The translations under genes were made by a program, and so were the position numbers. The notes beneath the pieces are model-generated. The model had not been told where the DNA came from. It did not search any database and worked only from the letters and a program-made list of their open reading frames with translations. DNA of 64,000 bases from an uncultured Actinomycetota bacterium (GTDB lineage: Bacteria > Actinomycetota > Actinomycetes > CAVWCF01). Position 1 is the stretch's first letter. Each line of letters starts with the position of its first letter. Below, piece by piece: positions 9,787-19,217 of the stretch. The DNA is taken from positions 64,001 through 128,000 of the forward strand of contig CAVWCF010000001.1 of NCBI GenBank assembly GCA_963753435.1, given 5' to 3'.

Positions 9787-10169
9787 GCCAATTACCGCCT
9801 GAGGACGAACTCACGGCTGAGTGGTGGGCGGGCACGCGCAACCGCCGACTGCTGCTGCAGACCTGCCTGGACTGTCTTCACCGTCAGCACCACCCGCGCA
9901 ACCTCTGCCTGTCCTGTCAGGGAACCAACCTGGGCTACACCGAGGCGACCGGGGACGGCGTGGTTGACACCTTCACGCTGGTGCACCGTTCCCCGCGACC
10001 GGACCTGGAAGTGCCCTACGTGATCGCCCGCGTGCGCCTCGCTGAGGGTCCGGTAATGCTGAGCACTCTCCTAGGTGACGATGAATGGCAGATCGGGGAT
10101 GCGGTGCGCGTGGACTTCCAGCCGCTGTCGGACGGGCGCGCGCTCCCGGTGTTTCGGAGGATGCAATGA
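9783..10169 (+). CDS. DUF35 Zn-ribbon/OB-fold protein
   Basis: LLLQTCLDC..HHPR..CLSC; G.V.TFT.VH; PYVIARVRLAEG. Confidence 0.9.
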   Translation: MSQLPPEDELTAEWWAGTRNRRLLLQTCLDCLHRQHHPRNLCLSCQGTNLGYTEATGDGVVDTFTLVHRSPRPDLEVPYVIARVRLAEGPVMLSTLLGDDEWQIGDAVRVDFQPLSDGRALPVFRRMQ

Positions 10170-11101
10170 AGGCGATCGTGCTGCGTGACGGACGACCGGA
10201 GTCGGTGGACCTGGACCGGATGCCCGGCGCCGGACAATCCTCGCCAGCGGCGCTGCCTATGCGGCTGATCGCGGCTGAGGTGATGCCGAAGGATCGTCAG
10301 GCAGCCCAGGGGTTGGTTGGGATGAAACTGCCCGAGGACCTGGTGTTGGGGTCCTCAGCGGTCGCCGCCGGCGCCAACGAGACCTACTTCGTGCGCGGAG
10401 CCATAGACGCCGCCGGCGGACTTCGCGACGGGGTGTTCGCGGAGGAGTTCCTGGCCGAACCGGAGTGGCTGTTGCCATTGCCGGGTTCGGTCGATCCGCT
10501 TCAGGTCGCGGCCGGGACCGCGGTGTTGATGGACGCCATCTACGCGCTGGACGACCTCGCCGGACTGCAACCGGCCGAGACGGTCCTGGTCCTGGGCGCC
10601 TCCGCCGGTGTCGGTGCCGCGGCCGTCGCGGTGGCGCGGCATCGGGGCAACCCCGTCGTGGCCGTCACGCGCGACCCGGACCAGTTCGTGGCCTTGGACG
10701 GGGTCAAAGTGGTGGCCGCGGACACGCTGCCGAGTTCGGTGCGGGACCTGACCGGAGGAACCGGTGCCCAGGTGATCGTGGACACGATCGGTGGCGAGCA
10801 GACCCGGGCCGCGCTACTGGCTGGCGCGTTGCGGGCCAGGCACGTTGTGCTGGGCTACCTGGCCGGGCGGGAGCCAGCTGGCCTGACCGTGACGGACCTC
10901 ATGATCCGCGAGCACCAGCTCCTGGGCATGAACGCACATCTGGTGCCGCCGGAGCGGCAACGCAGCCTGGCTGCTGAGGCGATGGAGCTGCTGGCCCAGG
11001 GGTCCTACGCGCCCGCCTACCGCACGGTGGCTCTCGCCGATGGGGTGGCCGAACTGCTCAGCAGCGACCCGGGTCACTCGCGGGCGTTGATAGTTCCGTG
11101 A
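10166..11101 (+). CDS. MDR-family (quinone/enoyl reductase-like) oxidoreductase
   Basis: MKAIV start in an ATGA overlap; VLVLGASAGVG nucleotide-binding motif; VDTIGG; no Zn ligands seen. Confidence 0.75.
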   Translation: MKAIVLRDGRPESVDLDRMPGAGQSSPAALPMRLIAAEVMPKDRQAAQGLVGMKLPEDLVLGSSAVAAGANETYFVRGAIDAAGGLRDGVFAEEFLAEPEWLLPLPGSVDPLQVAAGTAVLMDAIYALDDLAGLQPAETVLVLGASAGVGAAAVAVARHRGNPVVAVTRDPDQFVALDGVKVVAADTLPSSVRDLTGGTGAQVIVDTIGGEQTRAALLAGALRARHVVLGYLAGREPAGLTVTDLMIREHQLLGMNAHLVPPERQRSLAAEAMELLAQGSYAPAYRTVALADGVAELLSSDPGHSRALIVP

Positions 11102-12531
11102 CCGGGACCACCGCGACGCCGGAGCCGGCGGACCTGCTCGTGATCGGTGCGGGCCCAGCCGGCATGGCATGTGCCATCGCTGCGGCGGAGCGCGGTGCCA
11201 GCGTCCACCTGATCGAGCAGGATGACCGCGTCGGCGGAGCACTGCACTACTCCGGTGGGCACTTGTCGGCTGCCGGAACGGCCCGCCAGGCCGACCGGGG
11301 CATCGAGGACGACACAGCGCGGCACTACGCGGACATCTGCCGAATCACGCGCAACACCCACCGGGAGACATTGACCAGGGTCGCCGTGGAACTGGCGCCG
11401 GCCACTTTGGCCTGGTTGGACGAGCACGGGTTCGAGTACGACGAGGCCACTCCGCGGCTGGTCTACGGCCACGAGACCTACTCCGTGCCACGCACCGTCC
11501 ACGGAACGAACATGGCCATCTCGGTGCTGTCGGTGCTCACGCCGTTGCTGCAGGAGCAGGTTGCGGCAGGGCGGGTGCAGTTGACGCTGAGTACTCGCGT
11601 CGAGTCGTTGGTGGCCGACGGCGGCCGCGTGCTCGGGGTCACCGCCGAGGGTGGCGCCGAGTACCACGGGCACAACACCGTGCTGGCTACCGGCGGCTTC
11701 GGGCACAGCCCGGAGTTGTTCGCCGAGTTGGAGGGCGTTCCCCTGGTGACCTCCGCCGCTCCCGGTTCCCGGGGTGACGGCCTGCGGATGGCCCGCGACC
11801 TTGGCGCGGCCGTGCAGGGGCGCGGCGCCTACATACCGACGTTCGGCGGGCTGCCGCCGGAACCGGGCGAACTGCGAGTGGACTGGGTGCATCGGCCGCA
11901 CCTGCTCGCCCCGGAGCGGGCGCCTTGGGAGATCTACGTCGATGTAACCGGTCGCCGCTGGATCAACGAGGACGAGCCGAGCATCGACCGCAAGGAACGG
12001 GAACTGATGAAGATCCCGGACATGACTTTCTGGATGATCTTTGACGCCAATGCGCTGCGGTCGTCCACACCGATGATCAACAACTGCACCCCGGACGAGG
12101 TCGACGCCCTCGCCGGAGTCCGTCGCGGGGTCAGCCGCGCGGACTCCGTTGCCGACCTGGCTACCGTCGCCGGAATCGACCCGGGCGGGCTCCAGGCGGA
12201 GGTTGCCAAGTACAACGCCTTCGTGGCGGCAGGTGCGGACACCGAGTTCGGCCGCGCCGCCTTGCCTGCCCCTATCGCCGAACCGCCCTTCTACGCCATC
12301 GAGAACCACCCCGTGACTCTGATCACCTTCTCCGGCGTGGACACCGACGACGATTTGCGGGTGCGGACCGATGCGGGGACCGTTATCGATGGCTTGTATG
12401 CCGTCGGCGAAGTGCTCGGCGCGGCAGTGTTCAATGGCAACTCGTTCTGCTCGGGGATGGTCTTGACCCCGGCGCTGGCTTTGGGACGACAACTCGGCGA
12501 ACGGCTCGCCGGGGCGGACAAGGAGGACTGA
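11098..12531 (+). CDS. FAD-dependent oxidoreductase (fumarate reductase/flavocytochrome c family)
   Basis: DLLVIGAGPAG, VLATGGF, GDG, GRRWINE, PPFYA, IDGLYAVGE. Confidence 0.85.
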   Translation: MTGTTATPEPADLLVIGAGPAGMACAIAAAERGASVHLIEQDDRVGGALHYSGGHLSAAGTARQADRGIEDDTARHYADICRITRNTHRETLTRVAVELAPATLAWLDEHGFEYDEATPRLVYGHETYSVPRTVHGTNMAISVLSVLTPLLQEQVAAGRVQLTLSTRVESLVADGGRVLGVTAEGGAEYHGHNTVLATGGFGHSPELFAELEGVPLVTSAAPGSRGDGLRMARDLGAAVQGRGAYIPTFGGLPPEPGELRVDWVHRPHLLAPERAPWEIYVDVTGRRWINEDEPSIDRKERELMKIPDMTFWMIFDANALRSSTPMINNCTPDEVDALAGVRRGVSRADSVADLATVAGIDPGGLQAEVAKYNAFVAAGADTEFGRAALPAPIAEPPFYAIENHPVTLITFSGVDTDDDLRVRTDAGTVIDGLYAVGEVLGAAVFNGNSFCSGMVLTPALALGRQLGERLAGADKED

Positions 12532-12533
12532 GG

Positions 12534-13700
12534 ATGGACTTCACCCTGTCGGATGAGCAGCGGCTCTTCCGCGACACCATCCGGGAGTTCGTGGACAAGG
12601 AGATCCGTCCGGTCGCGTCGGAGTGGGAGCGGTCCGGTCGCTACCCGACCGAGATCGTGGACACGATGAAGGAACTCGGCCTGTTCGGTATGACCGTGCC
12701 GGAGGAGTACGGCGGCCTTGACGTCGACATGGTCTCCTTCGCCATCGTCTTCGAGGAGATCGCCAAGGGCTGGATGGGTGTGGCCGGCATTCTCGGTTCG
12801 CACTCGCTGTCCTGCTGGATGATCGCCAAGCACGGCACCGACGAGCAGAAGGCCAAGTACCTTCCCGAGCTGGCCACCGGCGAGCGTCGAACCGGCATCG
12901 GCCTGACGGAGCCGGACGCCGGCACCGACCTGCAGGGGATCAAGACGACTGCCCGGCGCGAAGGCGATGTCTACATCGTCAACGGCACCAAGACCTGGAT
13001 CACCAACGCCCGCTACGCCAACCCGCTGCCGGTGCTGGTCAAGACCGACGTAAACGCGTCACCGGCACACAAGGGCATGAGCGTGCTGCTGGTGGACACG
13101 TCGCTGCCCGGGTTCTCCGTCAGCAAGGACCTCCCGAAGCTCGGCTACAAGGGGACCGAGTCGTGCGAGGTCGTGCTGGATAACGTCGAGGTACCGGCCG
13201 CGGAGTTGCTCGGCGGCGTCGAAGGCCGCGGCATGCAGCAGGTTCTTGCGGGTCTGGAGACCGGCCGCATCAACGTCGCCGCGCGGGCGCTGGGCATCGC
13301 GCAGGCGTCCTACGACGCGGCCCTGGAGTACTCCCGCCAGCGCCACGCCTTCGGCCAACCGATCAGCGATTTCCAGGCGATCCAGATGAAGCTGGCCGAC
13401 ATGGCGACGAACATTCAGGCGGCCCGGCTCTTGGTGTACTGGTCGGCCGCCAGCGCCGATGCCGGCGAGCGTGTCGACATGCAGGCCGGGATGGCGAAAC
13501 TGTTCGCGTCGGAGACGGCGGTCAAGGCGGCCATGGATGCCATGCGCATCCACGGTGGTTACGGCTACAGCCAGGAGTTCGTGGTCGAGCGCCTGTACCG
13601 CGACGCCCCGCTGATGACCATCGGTGAGGGCACTTCCGATGTCATGCAGATGGTGATCGCGAGGTCGTTGATCTCCGGCAAGGAGCGCATCGGTGACTGA
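12534..13700 (+). CDS. Acyl-CoA dehydrogenase
   Basis: PEEYGG, LTEPDAGTD, NGTKTWITN, R.AFGQPI, HGGYGY, IGEGTSDV. Confidence 0.96.
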   Translation: MDFTLSDEQRLFRDTIREFVDKEIRPVASEWERSGRYPTEIVDTMKELGLFGMTVPEEYGGLDVDMVSFAIVFEEIAKGWMGVAGILGSHSLSCWMIAKHGTDEQKAKYLPELATGERRTGIGLTEPDAGTDLQGIKTTARREGDVYIVNGTKTWITNARYANPLPVLVKTDVNASPAHKGMSVLLVDTSLPGFSVSKDLPKLGYKGTESCEVVLDNVEVPAAELLGGVEGRGMQQVLAGLETGRINVAARALGIAQASYDAALEYSRQRHAFGQPISDFQAIQMKLADMATNIQAARLLVYWSAASADAGERVDMQAGMAKLFASETAVKAAMDAMRIHGGYGYSQEFVVERLYRDAPLMTIGEGTSDVMQMVIARSLISGKERIGD

Positions 13701-14565
13701 CCGCCCCACCCCGCGTTCGCACCTGTACGTGCCCGGCGACAAGCCGGAGGTGCTGGCAAAGGCATTGGGGCGGGGCGCAGACGCGCTCATCGTCGATCTC
13801 GAGGACGCTGTCGCCGTGTCTGCCAAGGATGAGGCACGCCGAATCGTGGCCGCCTGGCTGGCGACGTTGCCCGCTGCCGCGGACAACCCGGTGGAGATCT
13901 GGGTCCGCGTCAATCCAGGCCAACTTCGGACCGTCGACGTGGCCGCGGTCGTCGGGCCCGCGCTGAGTGGCATCTGCTTGGCCAAGACCGAGTCGGCTGC
14001 TGAAGTGGCCGAGGTGGCCGGGGAGTTGTCGCTGCTGGAATCCGAACGAGGAGTAGCGGACGGAGCCATCGGGCTGGCGCCGTTGCTGGAGTCGGCGGCT
14101 GCGGTGCTGCGGGCGGCGGAGATCGCCGCCGCACCACGCGTGGCCCGCCTTCAGGTCGGTGAGGCCGATCTACGCGCGGACATCGGGGTGGAGCTGGGTG
14201 CGGACGAACGTGAGTTGCTGTTCGTGCGATCGCAGGTAGTGCTGGCCTCGGCGGCGGCCGGGATCGCCGCGCCGGTAGGACCGGTCACGACGAACTTCCG
14301 CGACCTGGACGCCCTGGCGGAGTCGACGCGCGCCCTGGCGCGACTTGGCTACCGCGGGCGGGCGTGCATCCACCCGGCGCAGGCGGCGGTCGTCAACGAC
14401 GTGTTCAGCCCGGATGCCGAGCAGGTGGCTTCAGCCCGTCGGCTCATCGAATCATTCGATGCGGCGGTGTCCGCCGGGGCAGGTGTCATGGTCGACGAGA
14501 ACGGCCGCATGGTCGATGAGGCGGTCATCCGCCAGGCGCGTCAACTGCTGCAACTCGTCCGCTGA
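13693..14565 (+). CDS. CitE-like CoA-ester lyase (HpcH/HpaI family)
   Basis: RSHLYVPG, DLEDAV, VRVN, LLES, GEADL, IHPAQ, GRMVD. Confidence 0.93.
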   Translation: MTDRPTPRSHLYVPGDKPEVLAKALGRGADALIVDLEDAVAVSAKDEARRIVAAWLATLPAAADNPVEIWVRVNPGQLRTVDVAAVVGPALSGICLAKTESAAEVAEVAGELSLLESERGVADGAIGLAPLLESAAAVLRAAEIAAAPRVARLQVGEADLRADIGVELGADERELLFVRSQVVLASAAAGIAAPVGPVTTNFRDLDALAESTRALARLGYRGRACIHPAQAAVVNDVFSPDAEQVASARRLIESFDAAVSAGAGVMVDENGRMVDEAVIRQARQLLQLVR

Positions 14566-14619
14566 CCGCCGCGACTCTCGATCTGGTGCGGATACGGGCC
14601 AGCGACCCGTGAGCACGGC

Positions 14620-16116
14620 CTAGGAAGACGCGGACGCTCGCGATGAGTCGTCGGCGGCTGCTTCCGGGTCGGCCACCCCGGGCGTCGAGCCCGGGTGCGT
14701 GCGCGTAAGCGCCAAGACACCGGACGCGGCGCCGACGCCGTCCGCCAGGCGGGTGACGGCATCGACGAGGTCGCTCACCTGCTCGTCCGCCAGCGCCCGG
14801 GAGGCGTTCAGCCGAAACTTCGTCAGCAGGTCTTCGCGGCTCAGCGGGTGCTCCGGGCCGCCGCGGGAGGAGTCCACGCGGTGTTCCAGCACCGTGCCGG
14901 CCTTGGTCGTCACTCGCAACACCGCGGCGAACGCGTTCGGGAAGATCTCCGTCGCCCGGTCGTCGGCGAAGGTGTAGACCTTCGCGGCCAGGTCCAACTT
15001 GTCCTGGGTGAAGGCACTGTCGGTGAAGTCGTCCAGGTAGACACCCAGCCCGCCGCCGCCGAGCAGTGCCGTGGCGACGGTGAACGGGCCGGAGAACTTG
15101 CCGTGATACGGCGACTGTGGGCGGATCTTGTCCGCGCGCGGCTCACCGATGGTGCGCAGTGTGGGTGCGGCGACCCCCAGGTCGATCCGTTCGATGTCGG
15201 CCGGGTCGAGCCCTGAATCCCGCAGTGCGAGCGCGCAATCGATCGCGGGGTGCGTGAAGTGGTTGGAGGGGTACGGCTTGTAAACGGTCCGGGTGAGCTC
15301 CCAGCGCTGCCGGAGCCCGTCAAGCAGGGCCGCAGCGTTGTACTTGCCGTCGAGGAAGGCGGCGAAGAAGCCGAAACGCCCCTCCAGGACGGTGGGGGGT
15401 CCGGTAACGCCTTCGCGCGCCAAGGCTGCGGCCGTCACCCCGGCGTGCGCGGCCCAGCCACAGTGAATCCGCTTCACGGTGCCACCGGTCCGGTTCGCTT
15501 CGATCACACCGGAGCCCATGGATGCGGCGATGCCCATGGCTGAGGACACGCCGTCGCTGTCCAGCCCGTAGAGCATGGCCGCGCTGGCCGCTGCGCCGAC
15601 AGTCCCGCAGATCGAAGTGGCGTGGAAGCCCTTCTCGAAGAAGACGGAGTTGCGGATCTCGGGGATGTAGGAGGCCATGCCGAGGCGGTTGCAGATCTCG
15701 ACGCCGGCAGCCACCGCGGCGGCGATGTCGGCGGCCTGCGCGCCCTGGGCCTCGCCGACTGCCAGTGCTGCCGGCACGATCGAGGCGGACGGATGCAGCA
15801 CGCTGGGCAGGTGCGTGTCGTCGAAGTCCAGCGCGTGCGCCAAGGTGCCGTTCACGAGCGCGGCGTTCGGCGCAGGCAGGCGCTCGTGGCTGGCGATCAC
15901 GCCGGCTTCCGGAGCCCCACCCCAGTTGGCGACCGTGCGCAGCACCGCCTGGTCAGGCTCGGTGGGGGAGTGCGACTCGGCGCGCCCGGCGAGGCAGTTG
16001 CCGAGCACGTCGAGGATGCGACCGCCGACGTCAGTGGCGACCTCGTCGGGAAGTCCGTCGTCTCGGCAGGAAACCGCGAACTGAGCCAGTAACTGGACCG
16101 GGGTCGCCTCAGCCAC
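14620..16116 (-). CDS. MmgE/PrpD-family protein (second copy)
   Basis: AALVNGTLAHALDFDDTH..HPS, GFHATS, KRIHCG, KPYPS, KFSGPF; GTG start overlapping the cyclase stop is assumed. Confidence 0.92.
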   Translation of the reverse strand: MAEATPVQLLAQFAVSCRDDGLPDEVATDVGGRILDVLGNCLAGRAESHSPTEPDQAVLRTVANWGGAPEAGVIASHERLPAPNAALVNGTLAHALDFDDTHLPSVLHPSASIVPAALAVGEAQGAQAADIAAAVAAGVEICNRLGMASYIPEIRNSVFFEKGFHATSICGTVGAAASAAMLYGLDSDGVSSAMGIAASMGSGVIEANRTGGTVKRIHCGWAAHAGVTAAALAREGVTGPPTVLEGRFGFFAAFLDGKYNAAALLDGLRQRWELTRTVYKPYPSNHFTHPAIDCALALRDSGLDPADIERIDLGVAAPTLRTIGEPRADKIRPQSPYHGKFSGPFTVATALLGGGGLGVYLDDFTDSAFTQDKLDLAAKVYTFADDRATEIFPNAFAAVLRVTTKAGTVLEHRVDSSRGGPEHPLSREDLLTKFRLNASRALADEQVSDLVDAVTRLADGVGAASGVLALTRTHPGSTPGVADPEAAADDSSRASASS

Positions 16117-16948
16117 CGGCGGCCGCCGCAACAACAGCCAGGGGCCGAACCGGTGCCCCAGTTGCCCCGACCACCCGGATCGGTGCCAGCACGAAGAGGA
16201 ACTCGGTGACGCCGGAATCCAGCAACTCCGTCAGGCGCATCGTCTCGATGATGTTGATCCCCTGCTCCACCAGGAACATCCGGTGCACCGGAAGCAGCCC
16301 GTGCCCGGCGCCGGCCTTGATCTGCTCGAACGCGATGGTCTCCCCGCCGGCAACGGTCACACCCCGGTCGATGAGCCATTGGGCCGCCTCGACCCCGGGA
16401 CCCGGCACGCCGTCGGACAGTCCGATGAAGGCGTCCCGCTCGTCCCAGCGCCGCGACCAGCCCGTGCCGATGAGCACTGCTTCGCCGGACCCGACTCGCA
16501 CGCCGGCGGCATCCTCGGCCGACTGCAGATCCGCTGCCGTCACTTCGTACCCGGCCGGCAGCGTGGCAACGCCGTGCACCCGGGCGACGTCCAGCAGAAC
16601 GCAGCGGCCGACATACGGAGTGAAGGTGTCGATCCCGTGCGCGGCAAAGCCTTCGTGCGACTGAATGTCCGCAGCCTTCAGGCCGCCGTACACCTCGCCG
16701 TCCTGGCTGACGTGGGCGAGCGCGTCAACGTGCGTACCCACGTGACCACCCGTGACGATGATCTCGTTGGATGCGGACCCACCGTCTTCGCGGACGTAGT
16801 CGCCGTGTCGGCGCACCAGCGCCATCTGGAACGGTGGATGGTTGGGCGATTGGGGCATGCCCCGTCGCATCGGCTGGGCCAGGTCGATCACCCGTGAACC
16901 GGCCAGGGCCCCCCACAGGTCGGCAGAAGTCGTCGGCATCGTGCTCAC
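16109..16948 (-). CDS. Cyclase-family metal-dependent hydrolase (kynurenine formamidase/isatin hydrolase-like)
   Basis: HVGTHVDALAH signature, VH..L...GI.IIE, GATGAPVRP. Confidence 0.93.
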   Translation of the reverse strand: MSTMPTTSADLWGALAGSRVIDLAQPMRRGMPQSPNHPPFQMALVRRHGDYVREDGGSASNEIIVTGGHVGTHVDALAHVSQDGEVYGGLKAADIQSHEGFAAHGIDTFTPYVGRCVLLDVARVHGVATLPAGYEVTAADLQSAEDAAGVRVGSGEAVLIGTGWSRRWDERDAFIGLSDGVPGPGVEAAQWLIDRGVTVAGGETIAFEQIKAGAGHGLLPVHRMFLVEQGINIIETMRLTELLDSGVTEFLFVLAPIRVVGATGAPVRPLAVVAAAAGG

Positions 16949-18147
16949 GGCCCCTCCTTCACGATCCCGGCGTCCGCCAGGGCGTCGATTTCTTCGGTAC
17001 TGAGTCCCGCGCCGGCCAGCACCTCTCTGGTGTCCGCCCCCAGGGGTCGACCCGTCCACTGGATGCTGCCCGGCGTTTCGGAAAGGCGGTACAGCACGTT
17101 CTGCATGCGTACCGGACCCAACTGCGGATCCTGAACCGTCGTGATGGTGTCGAGGGCCTGGTACTGCGCGTCGTTGAAGATGTCGGTCACGTCGTAGATC
17201 GGGGCCACTGCCGCCTGGGCCTCCTCAAAGGCCTTGATCACGTCGTCAGCGTCGCGTTCGGCGATCCACGACCCGACGTACTCGTCGAGCTCGTCGGCGT
17301 GCTCAGCCCGAGTGGCCCCCGCCGCGAACCACGGTTCCTCGATCACCTCAGGGTGTCCGACCAGATGCATCACGCGCTCGGCGATCGACTGCGCCGACGT
17401 GGAGATCGCAACCCACCGGTTGTCGCGCGTTCGGTACGTGTTTCGCGGTGCGTTGTTCACCGAGCGGTTGCCGGTTCGGGGCTGCACGATGCCGAGTTGG
17501 TCGTAGACGATCGGTTGTGGACCCAGGACCGTAACGATCGGCTCGATGATCGCCATGTCGATGATCTGGCCGGTGCCGCCGCGCGCATCGCGGTGATACA
17601 GCGCGGTCATGATCGCTTGCGCGGTGGTCAGGGCGGTGATCCCGTCGGCCAGCCCGAACGGCGGCAGGGTCGGGGGACCGTCGGGCTCGCCGGTGATCGA
17701 CGCGAAGCCGCTCATCGACTCCGCCAGCGTTCCGAAACCTGGGCGGCTTGAGTACGGGCCGAACTGCCCGAACCCGGTGACCCGAGCGATCACGAGGCCC
17801 GGGTTGATCTCCTGAAGTACGTCCGGGCCCAACCCCCAGCGCTCCAGAGTGCCGGGGCGGAAGTTCTCAATCAGGACGTCGGTGTCGGCGATCAGCCGCT
17901 TGATTGCGGCCGCGCCCTCCGGCTTGCCCAGGTTCAGCGCGAGGGTCCGCTTGTTGCGCGCCAGCATGGCCCACCAAAGCGGAACGCCGTCCTTGCTGGG
18001 GCCGTGGTTGCGGACCGGGTCGCCCTTCTCCGGGTGCTCGACCTTGATCACGTCGGCGCCGTAGTCGGCCAGGATGGTGGCGGCCAGCGGGCCGGCGAAC
18101 AACGTTGCCGCGTCGAGAACGCGGATTCCTTCCAGGGGCTTGGCCAT
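16945..18147 (-). CDS. Class III CoA-transferase (second copy)
   Basis: PLEGIRVLD..AGP..LADYGADVIKVE, RNKR, ENFRPG, GLADG; GGAGG RBS. Confidence 0.95.
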   Translation of the reverse strand: MAKPLEGIRVLDAATLFAGPLAATILADYGADVIKVEHPEKGDPVRNHGPSKDGVPLWWAMLARNKRTLALNLGKPEGAAAIKRLIADTDVLIENFRPGTLERWGLGPDVLQEINPGLVIARVTGFGQFGPYSSRPGFGTLAESMSGFASITGEPDGPPTLPPFGLADGITALTTAQAIMTALYHRDARGGTGQIIDMAIIEPIVTVLGPQPIVYDQLGIVQPRTGNRSVNNAPRNTYRTRDNRWVAISTSAQSIAERVMHLVGHPEVIEEPWFAAGATRAEHADELDEYVGSWIAERDADDVIKAFEEAQAAVAPIYDVTDIFNDAQYQALDTITTVQDPQLGPVRMQNVLYRLSETPGSIQWTGRPLGADTREVLAGAGLSTEEIDALADAGIVKEGP

Positions 18148-18180
18148 GGTCACCTCCGACTACCCCGCACCCGCCCGGCT

Positions 18181-18232
18181 GGAACACCCACTGTCGACCG
18201 GGTGTTCCACCTAGCGGAACCGAGTTCCACCG
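18181..18232. promoter_or_regulatory. Putative IclR operator region in a divergent promoter
   Basis: Palindrome GTTCC-N7-GGAAC (18204-18220) plus extra GGAAC/GTTCC half-sites. Confidence 0.5.
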
Positions 18233-18335
18233 TATCCGATCCAGAAGTATCTCACCAGGGGTCTTGAGGTCCGGACACGAGTGGCCGAGCCCGTGCGCGC
18301 ATGCCAAGGTATGCGCGCACACACGGGGGGATGCC

Positions 18336-19163
18336 ATGCCTGCTGCGCCGACACGCGCTGGAAGCCAGTCGATCGCGACCGTTGAACGTGCCGTGGACGT
18401 GCTCCTGCTGTTCACCAAGTCGCAGGCACGCACCCTCGGCGTCACCGAGATCGCCCAGCAGCTCGGCCTGTCCAAGGCGGCGGTGCACCGCATCCTGACG
18501 TCGCTGCGCAGCCGCGACCTGGTGTGGCTGGATGAGGAGGAGCGTCGCTACGCGCTGGGTCCGGCTGCTCTTGCCCTGGGGTCGGCGTACTCCACCCGGA
18601 TCGATGTGCGCTCGGCGGCGGTTCCCCAGCTGCGCCGGCTCGCGGATGCGGTCGGCGAGACCGCCACGCTGTCAGTGCGCACGGGGGATTCCCGGACCTA
18701 CATCGAACAGGTGACGCCGGCTCGGGAGATCGTGATGCGGGTGCCCATGGGGTCGAACTTCCCGCTCTACGCCGGGGCATCCGGCAAGGCCATCCTCGCG
18801 CACCTGACCGAGGCCGAGGTCGACCGCATCCTCGGTGGCGGCATGCAGTTCCTCACCGCGAACACGCCCACAGACGCCGGAGCCCTCAAACAGCAACTGG
18901 CCGAGGTGCGGTTGGCGGGACACGCGAGCAGCTTGGGGGAGCGTCAGTCCGGGGCGGCATCGGTGGCCGTGGCGGTGTTCGACCATTCCGGCGCACCGGT
19001 GGCGGCAATCAGCGTCTGCGGGCCGGCGGAGCGCTTCACGGCCCAGTTGGAGGTGGCTGCTGCCCTGCTGCCCGAGGCCAGTGCGCGGGTGTCAGCAGCC
19101 CTCGGGCACCATGGGCGCCGGTCCCGCGACGACGGCGCGGCACCCGAGCCGGTGGCCGGGTGA
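18336..19163 (+). CDS. IclR-family transcriptional regulator
   Basis: SIATVERA..L, GVTEIA..LGLSKAAVHRIL, GETATL, GASGKAILA, AAISVCGP..R. Confidence 0.95.
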   Translation: MPAAPTRAGSQSIATVERAVDVLLLFTKSQARTLGVTEIAQQLGLSKAAVHRILTSLRSRDLVWLDEEERRYALGPAALALGSAYSTRIDVRSAAVPQLRRLADAVGETATLSVRTGDSRTYIEQVTPAREIVMRVPMGSNFPLYAGASGKAILAHLTEAEVDRILGGGMQFLTANTPTDAGALKQQLAEVRLAGHASSLGERQSGAASVAVAVFDHSGAPVAAISVCGPAERFTAQLEVAAALLPEASARVSAALGHHGRRSRDDGAAPEPVAG

Positions 19164-19217
19164 GCAACGACCGCCTTTGGACGGAAGGGGGTGAGGCCGG
19201 CTAGACGCCGGCCTGCC

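Noticed and set aside
7737-13700. Steroid degradation cluster (KstD-, Ltp2-, ChsH-like genes)
   Set aside because: No Ksh, Hsa, KstR or paired FadE genes; the shared folds are not steroid-specific
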